DNA of 42,570 nucleotides from a virus (Duplodnaviria; Heunggongvirae; Uroviricota; Caudoviricetes): IMG/VR virus record IMGVR_UViG_2687453563_000006, positions 1 to 42,570 of that record; one strand, 5' to 3'. Shown piece by piece: positions 37,632 to 42,570 of this stretch (position 1 is its first letter; each line of letters starts with the position of its first letter). The notes under the pieces were generated by a model. It saw only the letters and a program-made list of their open reading frames with translations, ran no database searches and was not told where the DNA came from. The position numbers and the translations under genes were made by a program.

Positions 37632-38224
37632 GCGAGATTGACTATCAGGCACTGTGTGAGATAGCAAAACAGGCAACACAAAGCGAATGGGTCGCATTTA
37701 TTTCGCCGGGTACTGGTACGTATGCGGTGCATACGCCCGGTGATAAACGATGTGAAGACGTTATCAAATGGACCGGCTTTGATGGACAGAAAAATGCAGA
37801 GAACAACGCTCGTTATATCGCAGCTTTCAACCCTGAAGTAGTGCAGGCGCTGCTGGATGAACGGGAATCCCAAAACAAGCGTATTGCAGAACTGGAGAAA
37901 AGCGAAGAGCAACTCATTAACGAGCGTGACCATGCTGAGTCTGCTTTAGATGATATGTACTTTGCAGCAACCGGTAACAGGCCGGAGTGGAGCAACTGGT
38001 TCGGCTTTTCAGATGCTGTCGATGCCGTGGTTGACAGAATTGCTGATTTAGAAGCTAAACAGCCATCGCCAGTAGTACCGGAAGGACTGGTTAAAGCAGT
38101 GCGCTTCTATGAACAGGTTAAGCGTGAAAATCCGCCAGTCGAAACCGGAGCATGGAAAGACGCTGTTGACTGGGTGCTCAAAGAGGCTTGCCAGGTTGTA
38201 AACACTGGCATCAAAGGAGAGTGA
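37628..38224 (+). CDS. Ea22-like early protein
   Basis: 198 aa; N-terminal EIDYQAL... and coiled-coil region. Confidence 0.5.
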   Translation: MSEIDYQALCEIAKQATQSEWVAFISPGTGTYAVHTPGDKRCEDVIKWTGFDGQKNAENNARYIAAFNPEVVQALLDERESQNKRIAELEKSEEQLINERDHAESALDDMYFAATGNRPEWSNWFGFSDAVDAVVDRIADLEAKQPSPVVPEGLVKAVRFYEQVKRENPPVETGAWKDAVDWVLKEACQVVNTGIKGE

Positions 38225-38225
38225 G

Positions 38226-38417
38226 ATGAACGGACAAATATCAATTGTTCGACCGGGAGCATGTGACGATCGCGAGATACGCATGATTATTCGTCTGGCG
38301 AGGGGGAAAACAATAACTGCTCTCATTACTCCAGAAAATCTCGCATTAGCATTAACAGGAAAGTCAGACCTGCCAGTAGAGCTAAAACTGCGAAATGTTG
38401 AGATTAAGGTGAAATAG
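38226..38417 (+). CDS. Hypothetical protein
   Basis: 63 aa. Confidence 0.4.
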   Translation: MNGQISIVRPGACDDREIRMIIRLARGKTITALITPENLALALTGKSDLPVELKLRNVEIKVK

Positions 38418-38418
38418 C

Positions 38419-39099
38419 ATGAATTCTATTACCAAAGAACGTATCGAATTATTCATTAACAATCCGCTTGAAAACGGGCTTACCCGTGGCGAACAAATGG
38501 AACTGGCACGAATTGCACTGGCATCACTGGCAGCAGTATCGGATGAACGAGCAGCCTATGAATTATTTATGGAGAAGCGTTTCGGGGAATCTGTAGATCG
38601 CCGCAGGGCGAAAAATGGCGATAGAGAATACATGGCATGGGATATGGCGCTTGGCTGGATTATCTGGTGTCACCGCGCCGCCATGCTTCAGGGAGGCCAA
38701 CCTGTAAACCAAACTTACAACTTGCCAGAATTAATCGAAGGCATGGAAGTTTCCATTGATGTAAGCACTTGTGATGCTGATTTAGGTAATCGCTATTTCG
38801 GCACCGTCACCGAGGCGTTAGAACTTGATACTGCCAAGAATGGTTACATCCTCCTGGTTCAGGACGCAGAGCCAAACTTCGATGTAAATGGCAACTCTCC
38901 GGTAACTCCGGATAGTTGGATAAGCTGTAGTGAGCGAATGCCGGATGACGGGCAGTGGTGCGTAGTGAACACAGAATACGGGTATTACGTGCAATGCTGG
39001 TCTGAAGGTCAAGGATGGCTTGGTGATGATATCAGCATCCCTGAATGCGATGTAATCAATTGGATGCCGCTACCGGAACCGCCGCAGGAGGTGAAGTGA
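38419..39099 (+). CDS. DUF551-like protein
   Basis: 226 aa; C-terminal WMPLPEPP motif. Confidence 0.5.
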   Translation: MNSITKERIELFINNPLENGLTRGEQMELARIALASLAAVSDERAAYELFMEKRFGESVDRRRAKNGDREYMAWDMALGWIIWCHRAAMLQGGQPVNQTYNLPELIEGMEVSIDVSTCDADLGNRYFGTVTEALELDTAKNGYILLVQDAEPNFDVNGNSPVTPDSWISCSERMPDDGQWCVVNTEYGYYVQCWSEGQGWLGDDISIPECDVINWMPLPEPPQEVK

Positions 39100-39671
39100 T
39101 GAACAACTTAATGATCGACCTTGAGACGATGGGGAAAAATAAGGATGCACCGATCGTTTCCATTGGCGCGGTGTTCTTCACTCCAGAAACCGGAGACATC
39201 GGACAAGAATTCTATGCGGTTGTCAGCCTGGACAGTGCTATGAAGCAAGGAGCTACACCTGACGGCGATACCATCCTGTGGTGGTTGAAACAAAGCCCTG
39301 AAGCGCGAGCTGCAATCTGTATTGATGATACTTTGTCGATCAGCGATGCTCTCTCAGAACTAAACCATTTCATTAACCGGCACGCAGACAATACGAAATA
39401 TTTAAAAGTCTGGGGTAACGGGGCCACCTTCGACAACGTAATTTTACGTGGAGCTTATGAGCGAGCAGGACAAATCTGCCCGTGGGCGTACTGGAATGAC
39501 CACGATGTACGCACGATCGTTACGCTTGGGCGTTCCATCGGATTCGACCCCAAAATGGACATGCCTTTCGATGGCGAACGGCACAACGCCCTGGCTGATG
39601 CCCGTCATCAGGCAAAATATGTTTCCGCTATCTGGCAGAAATTAATTCCTGCCACCAGCACAGAATTATGA
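39099..39671 (+). CDS. DnaQ-like 3'-5' exonuclease
   Basis: 190 aa from ATG overlapping upstream stop; DLETMG and H...D motifs typical of DEDDh exonucleases. Confidence 0.65.
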   Translation: MNNLMIDLETMGKNKDAPIVSIGAVFFTPETGDIGQEFYAVVSLDSAMKQGATPDGDTILWWLKQSPEARAAICIDDTLSISDALSELNHFINRHADNTKYLKVWGNGATFDNVILRGAYERAGQICPWAYWNDHDVRTIVTLGRSIGFDPKMDMPFDGERHNALADARHQAKYVSAIWQKLIPATSTEL

Positions 39672-39707
39672 TTTTCCCGGGTGCAGCCGGTTTTGATGGA
39701 GAAAATT

Positions 39708-39989
39708 ATGAACACCTTGTTTTTACTGATGGCTGAATTCAATACCCCAAACATTGAACTCTCAGCAGTTAGCCAAAAGTACTTTGGCATGAGTCCAGCC
39801 ACGGCAGAAGCAAAAGCAAACGCTTGTAAGTTGCCCGTTCCAACATATCGCATCGGCACATCACAAAAAGCAAAACGTTGCATCAATATTCAGGATCTTG
39901 CGGAATACATAGACAAAAGGCGAGAAGAAGGACGTATCGAGTGGGAACAGGTCAGAACAGTCAAACAGAAGGACAAAGAACATCACTAA
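39708..39989 (+). CDS. PrtN/AlpA-like DNA-binding protein (putative excisionase)
   Basis: About 93 aa from internal ATG; last gene of the early-left operon. Confidence 0.45.
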   Translation: MNTLFLLMAEFNTPNIELSAVSQKYFGMSPATAEAKANACKLPVPTYRIGTSQKAKRCINIQDLAEYIDKRREEGRIEWEQVRTVKQKDKEHH

Positions 39990-39996
39990 AGAAAAA

Positions 39997-40016
39997 ACCC
40001 GCCTGAAGGCGGGTTT
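39997..40016. terminator. Bidirectional intrinsic terminator
   Basis: aacccgcc-tgaa-ggcgggtt hairpin flanked by an A-run and a T-run. Confidence 0.8.
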
Positions 40017-40036
40017 TCAAAAAGCACCAGCTATGA

Positions 40037-40210
40037 TCATGCTGCTTTGCGACGACGAAGCTTACCCTGCTGCTCTTTACCAGAGACAGTAGCGTGAGTG
40101 AACGCATTAGGAGCAGCCTTCATCAGAACTTCAACAGCAGCACCCATACCTGCGAATGCTTTCATTGTGTCGAACTTAACCTGTGGCTTGGTTGCTTTTT
40201 GATCTTTCAT
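40037..40210 (-). CDS. Small basic protein (57 aa), unknown function
   Basis: MKDQKATKPQVKFDTMKAFAGMGAAVEVLMKAAPNAFTHATVSGKEQQGKLRRRKAA; gggag SD; not in the ORF track. Confidence 0.5.
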   Translation of the reverse strand: MKDQKATKPQVKFDTMKAFAGMGAAVEVLMKAAPNAFTHATVSGKEQQGKLRRRKAA

Positions 40211-40280
40211 AGAAAACTCCCGAGACAGTAAAGGCGTCTCTAACCCTTTCTTTAAAGCTAGCTTGTTTCGCTAACTTATG

Positions 40281-40301
40281 CCAATCGATCATGTCGATTG
40301 G
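40281..40301. promoter_or_regulatory. Operator-like palindrome CCAATCGA-N5-TCGATTGG
   Basis: Perfect 8 bp inverted arms about 70 bp upstream of the small basic protein gene. Confidence 0.4.
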
Positions 40302-40406
40302 TGACATCGTTTCTTAGTAGTTTAAGCACAAAACGACTGCCATAGATGTACCTTTAAGGTAATCTGGACGGGTATCCTACAATTTGTAGACCCTTCTCGT
40401 CTATAC

Positions 40407-40943
40407 CTACTGAGCAAATTTAAGAAAGATATCCTGCAGCTCATCAATGACTGCCGACATCACATAACCGCACTGTTCCATGCGGAAACCAAAAGACTCG
40501 TAATACTGCACCAGTTCTGGTACTGGCTCTACAATGTGGACAACTTTACATTCAACAGCTTTACAAAATATAAAAGCACTCATAAGAGTGAGTAAAACCA
40601 TGCGCCCTTTCAATGGGTGAGATTCATCTTCTCTAGAAAACCTTTCGATCATATGGATACGAAAGATGTTTTCTTCAACCCCATAAACACAAATTGCTGC
40701 TCCTGATGGTATTCCCTGAACCCGACCTTGCTGAACAAGTTTTATGCAGAACTCATACTTTTCTCTGGAGTTGCCATAGGTACTTAACGCATAGTCCCAT
40801 TCAAGCTCACCATAGCCACCACACAGAATCTTGTAATCATCATCACTGAGCGGACCAACAGCAAGAGGTAAGCCGACATGATCAATAATCAACTGGATAT
40901 TGTTACGTACTGATTGACCTATCTCGTCCAGGGTAAGCATCAT
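40407..40943 (-). CDS. GNAT-fold acetyltransferase-like protein
   Basis: 178 aa; KGRMVLLTLMSAFIFCKAVECKVVHIVEPVPELVQYYESFGF resembles GNAT motifs A/B; own promoter region and SD. Confidence 0.5.
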   Translation of the reverse strand: MMLTLDEIGQSVRNNIQLIIDHVGLPLAVGPLSDDDYKILCGGYGELEWDYALSTYGNSREKYEFCIKLVQQGRVQGIPSGAAICVYGVEENIFRIHMIERFSREDESHPLKGRMVLLTLMSAFIFCKAVECKVVHIVEPVPELVQYYESFGFRMEQCGYVMSAVIDELQDIFLKFAQ

Positions 40944-41477
40944 GGCCTCTCAAGCGGAACACTAAAAGTCGCATTATATCTCATTCTTAAGCCGCGTATG
41001 GATTACACCTTGAAATGAAAACGCCGGGTTCCCAATAGGCTCCCACAAAGTATATAACTATTTGTTTTTCAAAAACGGTACATCCTATCGAGCATTGGTG
41101 CAACGCTAAACCGACCACTCCAGTGAACGTCAGTTTTTTCAGGCATTGCGCTGGTTTGGTTGATTTTTTGCATTTCAGAATTACCGTGCATTTTCAAATG
41201 TAGAGATTATTTTATCGATATATCATGGGGTTATGTTATTCAGCATCACTATTCAGGAGACTCAATAGCGGGGTACTATACCATAACAACAGGAAGCGCC
41301 TGTCTCATTGCAAAAGAAAATTGAGATCCTCTCAAGGCATGAAGCTCTCACGAAGTGATGGAAATAATCTTATTAGCCGTTAACTTTGTTAAGGCCAATG
41401 ATAAACAATCCAGGTTCGACGATAAATAAAAAATCACACATTAAACTCTGGTGATATATCTCCCTGCTAATAGCATT

Positions 41478-41512
41478 GATAGAGAAAAAAGAACCCAATA
41501 AATATTGGGTCC
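41478..41512 (-). terminator. Intrinsic terminator after the repeat-containing gene
   Basis: acccaat-aaat-attgggt hairpin followed by UCUUUUUUCUC on the minus strand. Confidence 0.65.
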
Positions 41513-41553
41513 TTTTATATAATGCCTTCCATACTATCGAAGAACTTCACATA

Positions 41554-42570
41554 TTATTTCTCCGATTTAACCCCGAACAAATCATAAATTAATTTAGAAG
41601 TGTCTGTAAGTATTTTAATCTCTTCCTTTGAGGTTGGGTCAAACGACTTCGCGAAGCTAATTAATTGTGGTGCAGCATCTCGCATTTTGCTTAAAATATC
41701 AGGATCGAGCGTTCCTTCATTCACCAGATGTGACATCTTATCCAGATAGCCATCAAAATTCATTTCTCCCCCATCAGCCAGACGCTTCATCTCTCCCAGG
41801 TACTTCTTCATATCACGTTGAGATAATTTTTCAAACTGAGCTTTCAGGTAGCTCTCATTATTTTCATTAATATACACTGTTTCTGATAAATCTGTGTAGG
41901 CACTAGAATATGAAAGTGAAATTAACAGCGAAGCAAATAATTTTAAGCTGTTGTCATCATGTTCCTGGCAGGCATTAACAAACGTTAAAAAACCAGAACC
42001 TATTGCTTGAAAATGTATATTCGCTAAAGGTTCATTATCCTTAGATTCCTCATAAAATAGCTGAACCGTGGAGGGAAGGCCATTCTTAGTTTCTACATCA
42101 AAAGTACATCGTTCAATGGGAGTCGCATCTTTATTATCCCCAGGATTACATATACTATTAATCGCGAAATGAAAAATAGCCCGGTCAACAACTGATGCAA
42201 TAAAGTCACGATCGTTTAAATCCTCATCAGTGCAATCGTCAATATACTTATTGACCCACACTTTGAGATTAGTTATTTGCTCAATTAAAAACACATTTTT
42301 TTTACGTGCATGCCATAAATTATGAGTGATTCTTTGAATAAACAAATCTATTTTTGCAATAATTATATCCCGATGACGCAGCGCTGAATAATCAATAGAC
42401 TTACCATATATATTATTTAATTTACCTTTGATTGTACCTCTATTATCTAATTTATCTTTGGTTGCATCTATATTATCTAATTTATCTTTGTTTGCATCTT
42501 TATTATCGAATTGATTTGAATTGAGTGTTTTATTAAAGTATCCAGTTGCACCGGGTATTATCTTCAACAT
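41554..42570 (-). CDS. AT-rich protein of unknown function with N-terminal 10-aa tandem repeats (possibly 5'-incomplete at window edge)
   Basis: 338 aa ORF reaching the window end; no recognisable motif. Confidence 0.5.
   Translation of the reverse strand: MLKIIPGATGYFNKTLNSNQFDNKDANKDKLDNIDATKDKLDNRGTIKGKLNNIYGKSIDYSALRHRDIIIAKIDLFIQRITHNLWHARKKNVFLIEQITNLKVWVNKYIDDCTDEDLNDRDFIASVVDRAIFHFAINSICNPGDNKDATPIERCTFDVETKNGLPSTVQLFYEESKDNEPLANIHFQAIGSGFLTFVNACQEHDDNSLKLFASLLISLSYSSAYTDLSETVYINENNESYLKAQFEKLSQRDMKKYLGEMKRLADGGEMNFDGYLDKMSHLVNEGTLDPDILSKMRDAAPQLISFAKSFDPTSKEEIKILTDTSKLIYDLFGVKSEK
42441..42500. repeat. 30 bp tandem repeat (about 2.3 copies) in 5' coding region
   Basis: tattatctaatttatctttggttgcatcta / tattatctaatttatctttgtttgcatctt, encoding [14 protein letters not shown] repeats. 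Confidence 0.7.

Noticed and set aside
39708-39989. Integrase at the end of the early-left operon
   Set aside because: The last gene is a roughly 93 aa PrtN/AlpA-like DNA-binding protein, far too small for a recombinase. No tyrosine or serine recombinase motif was found anywhere in the window.
42441-42500. Possible CRISPR array or phase-variable repeat tract
   Set aside because: Only about 2.3 copies of a 30 bp unit, contiguous with no spacers, in-frame within a coding region; not a CRISPR array and not a homopolymer or short SSR.
40037-42570. Recognisable defence-system signature genes (reverse transcriptase, helicase, STAND NTPase, restriction or Abi nuclease, toxin-antitoxin pair)
   Set aside because: None of these motifs was seen in the cargo proteins; the GNAT-fold gene has no adjacent upstream RHH-type antitoxin in the usual GNAT-TA arrangement. 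The block is reported as unknown rather than assigned.

Overview
This 42.6 kb window is almost entirely a lambdoid prophage with an HK97-type head and a Mu-type contractile tail, flanked by accessory DNA on both sides. Coordinates of non-coding motifs are hand-read and may be off by 1-2 nt; the ORF track uses ATG/GTG/TTG starts, so several true starts are internal. No homology search was run; all family assignments are from motif and sequence recognition. Left flank (1-4185): two SOS boxes and the first 11 codons of a dinI-like gene, cut by an IS1 copy (97-863) that has no target-site duplication and a frameshifted insA. This is followed by an AT-rich two-gene operon (GT2 glycosyltransferase plus a HAD-domain fusion protein) preceded by an ops/JUMPstart-like element and ended by an intrinsic terminator. 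At 4186-4231 lies a 46 bp copy of the 3' end of tRNA-Thr (thrW type), the prophage att core. Prophage (4232 to about 40000), minus strand from right to left: cro, replication gene with internal ori iterons, nin-like region (Dam methylase, LexA-DBD-only protein, RusA, KilA-N, DUF968), Q, pR'/tR' late leader, lysis cassette with embedded Rz1, a KilA-N moron, HNH, terminase, portal, protease, capsid, head-tail joining genes, sheath, tube, frameshifted chaperone pair, tape measure, baseplate, tail fibre and Tfa. On the plus strand: S24-type CI repressor, then an early-left operon (YfdP/Q/R-like proteins, a PAPS-reductase-like PP-loop protein, Ea22-like, DUF551, DnaQ-like exonuclease, PrtN-like putative excisionase). 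No integrase is in the window. Right flank (40037-42570): an AT-rich, opposite-strand cargo block with its own terminators encoding a 57 aa basic protein, a GNAT-fold protein and a repeat-containing protein of unknown function running to the window edge. The best candidates for undescribed biology are this right-end cargo block, the ops-preceded GT2/HAD operon, and a roughly 450 bp structured non-coding region with 20 bp direct repeats and a convergent overlapping gene pair inside the early-left operon.
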